From: Thermoanaerobaculia bacterium
Lineage (GTDB): Bacteria > Acidobacteriota > Thermoanaerobaculia > Multivoradales > Multivoraceae
Direction of reading: 5' to 3'
Length of the DNA: 64,000 nucleotides
NCBI GenBank assembly: GCA_963664405.1
Contig: OY761158.1
Coordinates: 6,272,001-6,336,000 of the forward strand
The notes beneath the pieces were generated by a model, which saw nothing but the letters and a program-made list of their open reading frames with translations, had not been told where the DNA came from and made no database searches. The translations under genes were made by a program, and so were the position numbers. Of this stretch, positions 28,917-38,387 are shown piece after piece (position 1 is the stretch's first letter; the number at the start of each line of letters is the position of its first letter).

Positions 28917-29957
28917 TCACGCCCATCGTAGCGATTCGTCGAGCCGGCCCGAATCCATGAGGTGTCGTAGCCAGGAAAGGCGGGTGTAGCGCGCATCGGT
29001 GAATAGCTCCTCACTGAAACCGAGACTTTGAAGCCTCTCGGCCAGGTCTCGAGCACCCTCCTCCGCGGTCCACTTGAACTCGAAATTCGGAAAGGTGCGC
29101 GCGAACTTCGAGAAGTCGGCTCTATAGGTGCGTTGGTCCGCGCTCGGGCGGTTCAAGACTTCGAGCTCACAATCACTGACGACGTCGGCCACGATCTCCG
29201 CCAGCTGGATGATCTGTCGGTTGAGGTGCTCGGCCCCGTTATTGAAGGCTTCGTTGTGGATGTCGGCCAGGGGTGCCTCCAGTACCGCCAGGAAACTTCG
29301 CGCTATGTCCTCGACATGAACCACCGGCCGCCACGGCTTGCCGTCGCTCATGACCGTTACTTTCCCGGTGGCGACGGCGGCGCCCACCAGATTGTTGAGC
29401 ACGGTGTCGAATCGCATTCTCGGCGAGACTCCGTAAACCGTGCCGTTGCGCAAGAAGACCGGCGAAAAGCCGTCGCGGGCGAGCTCGCGGATCACGCCCT
29501 CGCTACGCGCCTTCGAGCGCGCGTACTCGGTTTGTGGGTCGAGCGGGGCAGTCTCGTCGACAACCTCGGCCTTCGCCATGCCGTACATGATGCACGACGA
29601 AGAGAACAGGAATCGCCGGACGCCGGCATCACGTGCCAGCTCCGCGAGTCGCACGGATGCCTGGTGATTGATCTCCTCAGTCCAGGACTTGTTTAGATTG
29701 CCGATCGGGTCGTTGCTGAGCGCGGCGAGATGAACGACGGCGTAGAAGGACCTGAGATCTTCGGGCACCAGGTCGCGGATGTCTTTCTGGATTTCTGGGA
29801 TCGTGACCTGGTCGGCGACCAAGGTGCATTCGTTGAAATAACCGACATCGAGACCCACGACGTCGTACCCTTGCTCCAGCAGATAGGGGGCCATTACCGA
29901 CCCGAGATACCCCCGATGTCCGGTTACGAGCACCGGTCGACGAGGGGTGCCGGTCAT
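28917..29957 (-). CDS. NAD-dependent epimerase/dehydratase (extended SDR)
   Basis: VLVTGHRGYLG, HLAALSNDP, SSCIMYG, YARSK; ATG 29957 overlaps the upstream stop. Confidence 0.9.
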   Translation of the reverse strand: MTGTPRRPVLVTGHRGYLGSVMAPYLLEQGYDVVGLDVGYFNECTLVADQVTIPEIQKDIRDLVPEDLRSFYAVVHLAALSNDPIGNLNKSWTEEINHQASVRLAELARDAGVRRFLFSSSCIMYGMAKAEVVDETAPLDPQTEYARSKARSEGVIRELARDGFSPVFLRNGTVYGVSPRMRFDTVLNNLVGAAVATGKVTVMSDGKPWRPVVHVEDIARSFLAVLEAPLADIHNEAFNNGAEHLNRQIIQLAEIVADVVSDCELEVLNRPSADQRTYRADFSKFARTFPNFEFKWTAEEGARDLAERLQSLGFSEELFTDARYTRLSWLRHLMDSGRLDESLRWA

Positions 29958-31183
29958 GCCGTAGCCCTCCGCTCCGCCGCCGCCGACGCAACAAGCTCTC
30001 TCGCAATGTCGAGTAGCGAGACATCGTCTGTGACCATCGCAGAGCGACATCCGGCGGCCCGCGCCGCCTGCTCGTCGCGCTCGTCGTCACCGACGAATGT
30101 GGTTCGGGTCAGGTCGAGGTGAAACTCTCTCTGGGCGGCAAAGAGCATTCCAGGGCGTGGCTTGCGACAATCGCAGCCGTCGTCCCAGCCATGGGGGCAG
30201 TAGTAGATGGCGTCGATGTGACCCCCCGTCGCCTCCGCCTCGTCTCGCATCTTGCGGTGCACATCCTCGAGATCGCCTTCGCTCATCATGCCGCGTGCGA
30301 TGCCGGGTTGGCTGGTGATCAGCATCACTCGCCAGCCGGCCTCGGTGAAGAGCCGCAGCGCCTCTCTGGCGCCCGGCAGCCATCGAAACCGCTCCGGACG
30401 CAGCACGTACTCGGCTCGCGGCTGTCTCACGTTGAGCACTCCGTCGCGGTCTAGGAGAACCGCGGGCCGACGGGCGAAGAATTCTTCGCTTATCGGCAGC
30501 CGCTCCGGGTTGCCGACGCTGTAATAGCGATGCTCGCTCCAGTAAGCCGCGAGGTCGTGGCGTGCGGCGAGAGTCGGGTACACCGCGACCTCGAAGAGCT
30601 CCTGGCCGTCGTCGGGAAGCAGCGGGAGAGCCACCGCCTTGTTGATGATCGCGTAGCTGATCTCTACTCCGGAGAGGCCAGGCGTCGTCCGGCCGCGGTC
30701 GAACACGTCGACGAATCCGTCCTCGCCAACGATCACACTGTCTCTAGTGAATCCGTCGGAGTTACTGTAGATCGTTACCTGGGCGCTGGCTCCCGACGCG
30801 AGATAGTTCTCCCACATCTCGTCGAAGCGCATCGGCCAATAGTTGTCGCAGTAGAGCAGAAGGAAAGTGTCGTCCAATTTGCTCTGGGCATCGAGCACGC
30901 GATGGGCGGTGAGATCGTCCGCTGCGGTGATCTTGTAATCGATCTCGACGCCATAGCGGCTGCCATCTCCGAAGTGGTCGATGATCACTTCGGGCAGGTA
31001 GCCGAGGAGCATCAGCACGCGTTCGAAGCCCTGTTCACGAAGCATCTCGACGATGTATCCCAGAAAGGGCTTGTCGAGAAACTCGACCATCGGCTTCGGA
31101 ATCGTCTCGGTGATGGAACCGAGCCGAGTACCGCGTCCTCCGGCAAGGATGACCGCCTGAGTCGGACGAGGGCGCGGGCTCAA
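29954..31183 (-). CDS. Fused sugar-phosphate nucleotidyltransferase (HddC-like) and heptose bisphosphate phosphatase (GmhB-like, HAD-IIIA)
   Basis: ILAGGRGTRL...PKP N-terminal domain; LDRDGV, CPH...CDCRKP.PGM, GD C-terminal domain; TTG start overlaps the gmhA stop. Confidence 0.88.
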   Translation of the reverse strand: MSPRPRPTQAVILAGGRGTRLGSITETIPKPMVEFLDKPFLGYIVEMLREQGFERVLMLLGYLPEVIIDHFGDGSRYGVEIDYKITAADDLTAHRVLDAQSKLDDTFLLLYCDNYWPMRFDEMWENYLASGASAQVTIYSNSDGFTRDSVIVGEDGFVDVFDRGRTTPGLSGVEISYAIINKAVALPLLPDDGQELFEVAVYPTLAARHDLAAYWSEHRYYSVGNPERLPISEEFFARRPAVLLDRDGVLNVRQPRAEYVLRPERFRWLPGAREALRLFTEAGWRVMLITSQPGIARGMMSEGDLEDVHRKMRDEAEATGGHIDAIYYCPHGWDDGCDCRKPRPGMLFAAQREFHLDLTRTTFVGDDERDEQAARAAGCRSAMVTDDVSLLDIARELVASAAAERRATA

Positions 31184-31797
31184 CTTGGCAGGTCCCGCAT
31201 CAGGCAGGTGGTGAGAATGTCGCAGATGACACAGTGCCCCGACTCGACCGGCCCGTAGAGGCCCACTTCTGTCTCGAGCCACAGGCACTCGTCAACGCGA
31301 TCTTTGAGGGCGCCGCCGTCGAAGCCGAGAATGCCAAGCGTCGAGAGGCCCTCGCGTGCGGCGTGATCGACCGCCTGAACCAGGTTCGGTGAATTGCCAC
31401 TGGCAGAGATGACGATCAGAAGATCCCCGGGCTTGGCGAAGTTCTCCAATTGACCGCTGAAGACCCTCTCGTACCCCTCATCATTGGCTAAAGCGGTGAG
31501 CCACGACACATTGTCGCTGAGAGAAAGTACTCGGATCGGAGCACAGCCCGAGCGCTTGGTTGCCTTGCCCAGGTCGTTGGCGAAATGGGTGGCAGTGGCG
31601 GCACTCCCTCCATTACCGGCGATATAGACGTTGGCGCCGTCGTCGCGTGCGGCGCGCAGCATCTCCGCGGCTCGAGCTACAGCATCGAGGTCGATGCCTT
31701 TGAGCAGCTCGTTGAAGCCTTGGAGGTAGTCGCGGGCTGTGTCGCGAGTCGACTGCGACATCGGCGGCATTCCAGTCTGTTGAGGGTTGTTCGCCAC
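31180..31797 (-). CDS. gmhA: Phosphoheptose isomerase (SIS domain)
   Basis: GNGGSAA.A.H, LTALAND.GY, ISASGNSPN, GFDGG. Confidence 0.88.
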   Translation of the reverse strand: MANNPQQTGMPPMSQSTRDTARDYLQGFNELLKGIDLDAVARAAEMLRAARDDGANVYIAGNGGSAATATHFANDLGKATKRSGCAPIRVLSLSDNVSWLTALANDEGYERVFSGQLENFAKPGDLLIVISASGNSPNLVQAVDHAAREGLSTLGILGFDGGALKDRVDECLWLETEVGLYGPVESGHCVICDILTTCLMRDLPS

Positions 31798-31869
31798 AAA
31801 AGCGCCTCGGAAACGGCGCGTAATAGAGAGAAATGAGTCTAGCTCAAGGCGGAGTTCTCCAGCAAGGAG

Positions 31870-32931
31870 GTGACCCGGGCGGCGGCACCACTGCTACAAT
31901 CGGCCCGAGGTCAGAATTTGAGCCCGCCTTCGACCGAGCCCCTCCTCGAAGGGCCAAGCCCCTTTGATGACGGCGCCTCGTCACAGCAAGAGCAGCCCGC
32001 TCCCGAGGTGAGCGTGTTGGTGCCGGTGAAGGACGAGGCCGCGACGGTAGAGGAGCTGGCTCGGCTCGTGGGTGCCGTCCTCGACCAGATTCAAGTGACC
32101 TTCGAGATCATTTTCGTCGATGACGGCTCAGACGACGAAACGCCCTCTCGTATCTGCGACGCCCACAAGCGCGACGAGCGGGTGAAACTAGTCTGGCTAC
32201 GACGCAACTTCGGCAAAGCCGCTGCCTTGAGTGCCGGCTTCGACCACTGCCGCGGTCGTTTGATTGTGACCATGGATGGTGATTTGCAGGACGATCCAGC
32301 TGAGATCCCCGCTCTGCTCGAGCTTCTGGAGTCCCGTGATCTCGACCTCGTTTCGGGGTGGAAGAAGGAGCGTAAGGACCCGATCTCGAAGCGCTACCCC
32401 TCCAAGCTCTTCAACTGGGTGACCCGCAAGCTGGCCGGCGTCGACCTTCACGACTTCAACTGCGGCTTCAAAGCCTATCGGCGTGAGGTACTTGAGCAGG
32501 TTTCCATCTACGGTGAGCTTCATCGCTTTATCCCGGTGCTGGCCAACCGCCGAGGGTTCAAAGTCGGCGAGGTCGAAGTTCGCCATCATCCTCGACTCCA
32601 CGGTGAGAGCAAGTACGGCTGGGACCGCTTCTACAAAGGGCTTCTCGATCTCATTACGGTCCTCTTCATCACCAAGTACACCCGACGCCCGCTCCACCTT
32701 TTCGGCGTCTTCGGGCTCACTCTCCTTGCCGGAGGGTTCGCCACTAATCTCTATCTGGCGGTGCTGTGGTTCCAGGGTGCGCCGCTCTCCAATCGGCCGC
32801 TGCTCCTCCTCGGTGTGCTACTCATGGTGCTCGGTTTTCAGATCCTCACTACCGGCCTGCTGGGAGAGATGATCACTTTCAAAAACTTCCGGCGCGCCGA
32901 CAGCTACTCCATCAAGAAGTTTGTCGAGTAG
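31870..32931 (+). CDS. GT2 polyprenol-phosphate glycosyltransferase (ArnC/DPM-like)
   Basis: VDDGSDD, RNFGKAAAL.AG, MDGDLQDDP, HDFNCGFKAY, two C-terminal TMs. Confidence 0.92.
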   Translation: MTRAAAPLLQSARGQNLSPPSTEPLLEGPSPFDDGASSQQEQPAPEVSVLVPVKDEAATVEELARLVGAVLDQIQVTFEIIFVDDGSDDETPSRICDAHKRDERVKLVWLRRNFGKAAALSAGFDHCRGRLIVTMDGDLQDDPAEIPALLELLESRDLDLVSGWKKERKDPISKRYPSKLFNWVTRKLAGVDLHDFNCGFKAYRREVLEQVSIYGELHRFIPVLANRRGFKVGEVEVRHHPRLHGESKYGWDRFYKGLLDLITVLFITKYTRRPLHLFGVFGLTLLAGGFATNLYLAVLWFQGAPLSNRPLLLLGVLLMVLGFQILTTGLLGEMITFKNFRRADSYSIKKFVE

Positions 32932-34162
32932 AGCGCTGAGGCTTCTCTTTCTCACCCAGACCTACCCGCGCTTTGCGGGGGATACGGCCGGTCCGTTTAT
33001 TCGCGATCTCGCCAAGGCACTGGTACGTGGTGGAGACGAGGTCACGGTGCTTGCGCCGCACGCCAAGGGGGTGAGGGTGGAGTGGGAGGAGGATGGCGTT
33101 CGAGCTCTTAGCTTCCGCTATGCCCCGGAGCCTCTCGAGGTGCTCGGTTACAGCCGCAGTCTCGCTGCCGACGAGAAAGTGAAGGCGGCCGCCGGACTGG
33201 TCGCTCCCCTCTACTTCCTCGCCGCCCGGCGCGCGTTGCGCAAGCTCCTCCGCCGGGAGGACTTCGACCTTCTGCATGCCCATTGGATCGTACCCAACGG
33301 TGTGGTTGCGTCTGCCCTGTCGAAGCGCATCCCGCTCGCTGTCGGCCTGCACGGTAGTGATGTGTTTCTGGCTGAGAAAGTGCTCATGCGACCCTTCGTT
33401 CACAGTCTGCTGCGCCGTACTGCGCTACTGACCGGTTGCTCCCCCGAGCTGGTCGATCGAGTGGCCGCGCTTGGGCTGGCAGGTGATCGTTGCCAGGTCA
33501 TCCCCTACGGGGTCGACGTCGAAGCCTTCAAGCCCGGGAAAGAGGGGCGGGTGGCCTGGCGCCAACGGCTCGGTATCCCCACCTCCGCAAAGGTGATTCT
33601 CTCGGTTGGCCGCATGGCTACCAAGAAGGGCTATCAGGTGTTGATCCCGCAGTTGCGCCGGCTGTTGGAGCGCAATCCGAGCTGTCACCTCGTGCTGGCC
33701 GGCGGAGGTGATCGACTCGAGGAGTTTCGTCGTGCCGCCTCCGGCTTCGCCGCCCGGGTTCACTTTCCTGGCGTCGTTTTGCGTCAGGGACTACCGAGTC
33801 TCTACCGCGCCGCTGATGTCTTCGTGTTGCCCGCTGTTCATGATGGCTCCGGTAACGTCGATGGTCTTCCCAATGTGATTCTCGAAGCGATGGCAAGCGG
33901 TCTTCCGGTCGTTGCCAGTGGAATCTCGGGCATACCGCTTGCCGTCGGGGATGGTGTGACCGGGCTACTCGTCGCCGAGAAGGACGAAAGAGCGCTTTAC
34001 AATGCTCTCGAGCGCCTGCTCAGGAATCCCGAGGAGGCACGCGAGCTCGGTGCAGCGGGCCGTCGTAAGACCGAAGAAGAGCTGACCTGGGATGCCGTGG
34101 CGGCCCGCTACCGGATGGCCTATCGGCAGGCGCTGACCGCTCCCGACCCGCGCATCTCCTAG
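32921..34162 (+). CDS. GT4 glycosyltransferase
   Basis: HAHW, HGSDV, VGR...KKG, DGLPNVILEAMASG.PVV. Confidence 0.92.
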   Translation: MSSRALRLLFLTQTYPRFAGDTAGPFIRDLAKALVRGGDEVTVLAPHAKGVRVEWEEDGVRALSFRYAPEPLEVLGYSRSLAADEKVKAAAGLVAPLYFLAARRALRKLLRREDFDLLHAHWIVPNGVVASALSKRIPLAVGLHGSDVFLAEKVLMRPFVHSLLRRTALLTGCSPELVDRVAALGLAGDRCQVIPYGVDVEAFKPGKEGRVAWRQRLGIPTSAKVILSVGRMATKKGYQVLIPQLRRLLERNPSCHLVLAGGGDRLEEFRRAASGFAARVHFPGVVLRQGLPSLYRAADVFVLPAVHDGSGNVDGLPNVILEAMASGLPVVASGISGIPLAVGDGVTGLLVAEKDERALYNALERLLRNPEEARELGAAGRRKTEEELTWDAVAARYRMAYRQALTAPDPRIS

Positions 34163-34324
34163 TGTCCCGTGTGGGAAGTTCGTTGACCACCGAGAGCGTC
34201 GAGGCGCCCGCTGGGCAAGGCGCTCCGAGGCAGGCATAGCTGGGACTCTGTCGACGAGGAGCAACGCCGCCCAGCGGGATGCATCGGCGCTCGAATGGCA
34301 ACGAACTTCCCGCACGGGACACTA
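34160..34324. repeat. MITE C
   Basis: 26-bp TIR with 1 mismatch (TAGTGTCCCGTGTGGGAAGTTCGTTG / CAACGAACTTCCCGCACGGGACACTA); its terminal TAGs are the stop codons of both convergent neighbours. Confidence 0.88.
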
Positions 34325-35330
34325 AGGGGCCCTCTCTTCGCTCAATCGTCGGTAGGCCTCCATCTGCTCGGCGGCTTCTTCGTCGCGGCCGAGGCTCTCG
34401 AGAGCTCCGGCGTAGCCGAGTCTTACTTCCACGACGTCCTTGCCGAGATCGAGGGCGCGCTGAAAGTGCTCGATGGCTTCTTCCTCTCGGCCCAATTTAT
34501 TGAGGGCGCCGCCCAATAGGGCTTCAGCATCTCCGAGCTCCGGATCGAGCAGGAGAGATCGGCGGAACGCCTCTTCGGCCTTGGCGGGCCGGTTTGCGTC
34601 AAGGTGGAAGAGGCCGGCGAGGTAGTGATAGTAGGCCTGCTCGGGGAGCACCGACCGCGCCTTTTCGATCGCTATCTGGGCATCCTGCGGCTGCCGCCGA
34701 TAGAAGAAAACCTGGGCGAGTTGAGCTTGCACTCGCCCGTCTTCTGGATGCTCCTCCTCGAGCTGCCTCAGGAGGGTGTAGGCCTCGTCGATGCGTTTGC
34801 TGTTGGCAAGATCCATCGCTTCTTCGAGAGCTTCGACCAGCTGCTTCGACTCGGTCGTCTCCTCGAGCTCTTGGTCGCCGCGAAGGAGGAGGGCGTGAAG
34901 GGAGCCGGCGGTCTCATTCGCGGGGTCGAGCTCTTGCGCCATCTCGAGCAGCTCCAATGCCTCGCTGGTCCTGCCGACTGCGGCCAGACCCCGTCCAACC
35001 GCGAAGGCTGCAGCGCTCAACTCCGGCGCTGCGATGAATGCCTTGCGAGCAGCTTCGAGAGACTCCTCGTATTGCTCCTGACGAAATCGCATCTCGGCGA
35101 GGCCAAGCCAAGCATGGCCGGCCTCCATTGCTGTCTCCGCTACGAGACTACCGGCCGCGGTGAAGTGTTGCGCGGCGGCCTCGAGCTTACCGCTGTCCAT
35201 AGCCTCGATGGCCAGCGACATCTCTCTTTTGAAGTCGTCGTCTGCCGCTTCCTGGGCGCCGACGTCACTCAGCCCGGCCGAGACCAGTGCCGCGGCGAAA
35301 ATGAGCCCTGCGGTCCTGCGCAGAGGCCTA
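34322..35330 (-). CDS. Exported tetratricopeptide repeat protein (start uncertain)
   Basis: Repeated TPR helices (A...LG..L...GR.EEA); signal-like RRTAGLIFAAALVSAG begins near 35325; the track start at 35488 overlaps the upstream gene. Confidence 0.75.
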
Positions 35331-36029
35331 CTCCGCGGTAAAGATGATGCCGATGTCAGTTGCACCGCCGGCTCCGGCCGTGACCACGATCTCTTGCTCT
35401 CCGAAGCGCTCATGCCAGGCAACCAGAGTGTGAGTGCCGGCGGGCACATTGTCGATCCGGAAAGCGCCTGCCGCCGTCGAGACTGCAAAGAAGGGGTGGT
35501 CCATCACGAACATATAGGAAGCCATCCAAGGGTGTACGTCGCATTTGAACTTCAGCGCCGGCTCGGCGACCTTGAAAGTCTTGATTCGCGGCGCTGTCGC
35601 GGGAGGCTGACCTAGATTGAAAGGTCGGTTGGTGCGGGCCAGGGCCCGAACGTTGTGCAGAGTGTCGTCGCTGTTGACCACCTCGAGCGTTTGGTCGACA
35701 AGAATGCCCTGCACCCGGGGCATATACATGCAGCCCTTCTGATTAAGGCGAACGACTTCGTCGGGAGCGGCATGGTCTCCTGCAGGAGGATCCTTGAGGT
35801 AGAGGAAGACGTTCGCGAGTCCGCCTCCCGTGTTCACCACTACGTCTGCGTTCGGTATCTTTTCTTTGCCGTGAAACTCCACGCATTTGGGGTCGGCGTT
35901 CAATTTGAGCATTCCGGGTGCGGGCGGGTCACCGTCGAAATGGACGGTGCCGCTGATCTGTGCGCCGAGGCTTCCTGCGGTCAAGAGGCCGGCGATGGCG
36001 GAGGCAAGAAGGGCTTTTCTGCTGTTCAA
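35328..36029 (-). CDS. Exported cupredoxin-like/carboxypeptidase-regulatory-like domain protein
   Basis: Signal peptide, NQKGC.Y.PRV, NSD..LHNV, KCDVHPWM, WHE. Confidence 0.75.
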   Translation of the reverse strand: MNSRKALLASAIAGLLTAGSLGAQISGTVHFDGDPPAPGMLKLNADPKCVEFHGKEKIPNADVVVNTGGGLANVFLYLKDPPAGDHAAPDEVVRLNQKGCMYMPRVQGILVDQTLEVVNSDDTLHNVRALARTNRPFNLGQPPATAPRIKTFKVAEPALKFKCDVHPWMASYMFVMDHPFFAVSTAAGAFRIDNVPAGTHTLVAWHERFGEQEIVVTAGAGGATDIGIIFTAE

Positions 36030-36249
36030 TTATGGCTGTCCTCTCTCGGCTAGTCGCATCTGCTTTGAGGCTCCACTACACCCATCATAGGGACGCCTGC
36101 GGGTGATTGCTTGTTTCACCGCAAGGCGGTTCGTAGCGGCCCGAAAACAGGGTCGGGAAATCCTGGCGTCGAGATCACTGTTATACCCTACCGGAGGCCA
36201 TACGGCTTGGTGGAGCGCGCATTGAGCCCGCTTCTTCTGAATAGGACCG

Positions 36250-36972
36250 ATGTTGTCGTCGACCATTTCTATCAGGCTCGTTACAACGAGCTTTCTCCTT
36301 TCTGTTCTTGGCGCTTGGGGTGGCGTTGCTCGGTCTCAGGACCCCTACGAAGGCGCCAGGCAAGAGATGGTCGAGAGCCAGCTCCGGCGTCGTGGCATCC
36401 GGCAACAGAGTCTCCTCAACGCCATGGAGACCGTACCTCGCCACCTCTTCATTGCAGAGTCCGCGCGTCCCGAGGCCTACGTCGATGAGGCTCTCCCTCC
36501 GGGCGCCGCCAGCGGTGATGGACTTCTGCAGCCGTATATGACCGCACTTATGATCGAGCTTCTATCTCTCGACGGCAGCCAGCGGGTGCTCGAGATCGGT
36601 ACCGGCACCGGCTACGATGCCGCGGTTCTTTCGCGTCTTGCAAGCGAGGTCTACACCGTCGAGATCAGCTCTCGCCGCGGTGAGGAGGCGCGGGTCCGTC
36701 TCGCAGAGATGGGTTTTGAGAATGTGCACGTGCGCATCGGTGACGGCAAAGAGGGGTGGCCCTCGCAGGCACCCTTTGATGCAATCATCCTGACCACTGC
36801 GCCCGAGGAAGTCCCCCGCCAATTGCTCGACCAGCTACACCCGGACGGCACCATGGTCGTCGCCGTCGGTAGTCTGTTTCAGGAGCTCACGGTGATTACG
36901 AAATCACCTGATGGCGAGGTGCGCAAGCGGCGAGTCGAGCCGGTTCGGATGGAACCCATGAGCGTCGACTAA
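36250..36972 (+). CDS. pcm: Protein-L-isoaspartate O-methyltransferase
   Basis: VPRHLF, VLEIGTGTGY, GDG..GW...APFDAII; N-terminal hydrophobic extension. Confidence 0.9.
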   Translation: MLSSTISIRLVTTSFLLSVLGAWGGVARSQDPYEGARQEMVESQLRRRGIRQQSLLNAMETVPRHLFIAESARPEAYVDEALPPGAASGDGLLQPYMTALMIELLSLDGSQRVLEIGTGTGYDAAVLSRLASEVYTVEISSRRGEEARVRLAEMGFENVHVRIGDGKEGWPSQAPFDAIILTTAPEEVPRQLLDQLHPDGTMVVAVGSLFQELTVITKSPDGEVRKRRVEPVRMEPMSVD

Positions 36973-36984
36973 TCGGCCGGTCGT

Positions 36985-38352
36985 TTGGGTCGATACTCTT
37001 TCGACTTGTCTTTCTCCCGTCACCTCCGACTCCGGTCGGCTACCGCTCTCGTCGTCGCTAATATCGTCGGCGCCGGTATTTTCACCACCACCGGCTTCCA
37101 GGCCGCCGACCTCGGTCACCCCGGCTACATCTATCTGCTCTGGTTGATCGGGGGGTGCCTGGCCCTGGCGGGTGCCCTTTGCTACGCGGAGCTCGGGGCG
37201 GCGATGCCCGAGGCGGGGGGTGAATACGTCTACCTGCGCGAGACCTACGGTCCCGCTGTGGGCTTCATGAGCGGTTTCGTGTCTCTGGTCGCGGGCTTCT
37301 CGGCGCCGGTGGCGGCCGCGCTCAAGAGTCTCGTTCGCTATGCCAGCCACTTCCTTCCCGGCCTGACCGAAGGGAGGGTGCTTGGGGGCCTGTTCGCAAC
37401 CGAGGACCTGATCGCCGTCGGCTTGGTCTGGCTGTTGATCGCCGTCCATCTGCGGGGGCGCCGAGGGGGTGTCAGCTTCAACGACATCGTGACCCTGGTC
37501 AAGGTGGTCGGTGTGGTCGGCATCATCGTCGCGGCCTTTGCGATCGGCCGTGGCGAGCTCGGACGGATTGTCGAAGTGTCGCCGCGCTTCGCGGAGCTGC
37601 AAACGGGCGGCGGCTTGCTGCCGGCGCTTGCCACCTCTTTGATTTTTGTGATGTTCTGCTATTCGGGCTGGAACGCGTCTGCCTATGTCGCCAGTGAGAT
37701 GCGTGACCCGCAACGAGATCTGCCGCGATCGCTGCTCTATGGCACTGGTTTCGTTGTCCTCTTGTACCTTGGCCTCAACTTCGTCTACTTCTACGGTGCG
37801 GGCGTGGAAGGCCTGGCCGGAAATGTGGAAGTTGGGCTGGTAGCCTCGCGCGAGCTCTTCGGCTCGACCGGGGTAGGCCTGGTGACGCTCGTCCTCTGCA
37901 TCTCGATCCTCGCCTCCGCTTCGGCGATGACGATCGCGGGTCCCAGGGTCTATTACGCTTTGGGTCGCGACTTCCAACCGCTGCGGCGGCTGGCGCGAGT
38001 CAACCCGACAACGGGTGCGCCTTCGCTGGCGCTGATCCTCCAAGGCACGGTGACCTCGCTCCTCGTTATTTCCGGACGTGTCGACCAGATTCAACAGTAC
38101 GCGGGTTTTACTCTGAGCCTGTTCGCGAGTCTCGCCGTGTCTTGTGTCCTCGTTCTTCGTTGGCGCAGGCCGCAGATGGAGAGACCGTTCCGGGCCTGGG
38201 GCTATCCCCTTACGCCCATTCTCTTCCTCGGCGTATCCGGCTGGATGATGTACTGGGCCTTCTTCGGTCGTCCGGTCGAGTCGACCCTGGCCCTCCTGAC
38301 CGTTGCAGCTGGCGGCATCACTTTCTTCTTCGTGGGTCGCCGAAGACGGTAG
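36985..38352 (+). CDS. APC family amino acid permease
   Basis: IVGAGIF, YAELGAAMPEAGGEYVY, YSGWN, RPFRAWGYP; about 12 TMs. Confidence 0.92.
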   Translation: MGRYSFDLSFSRHLRLRSATALVVANIVGAGIFTTTGFQAADLGHPGYIYLLWLIGGCLALAGALCYAELGAAMPEAGGEYVYLRETYGPAVGFMSGFVSLVAGFSAPVAAALKSLVRYASHFLPGLTEGRVLGGLFATEDLIAVGLVWLLIAVHLRGRRGGVSFNDIVTLVKVVGVVGIIVAAFAIGRGELGRIVEVSPRFAELQTGGGLLPALATSLIFVMFCYSGWNASAYVASEMRDPQRDLPRSLLYGTGFVVLLYLGLNFVYFYGAGVEGLAGNVEVGLVASRELFGSTGVGLVTLVLCISILASASAMTIAGPRVYYALGRDFQPLRRLARVNPTTGAPSLALILQGTVTSLLVISGRVDQIQQYAGFTLSLFASLAVSCVLVLRWRRPQMERPFRAWGYPLTPILFLGVSGWMMYWAFFGRPVESTLALLTVAAGGITFFFVGRRRR

Positions 38353-38387
38353 CGTCGAGCAGCTAGTGCCATGTCGGAGACACGGCA

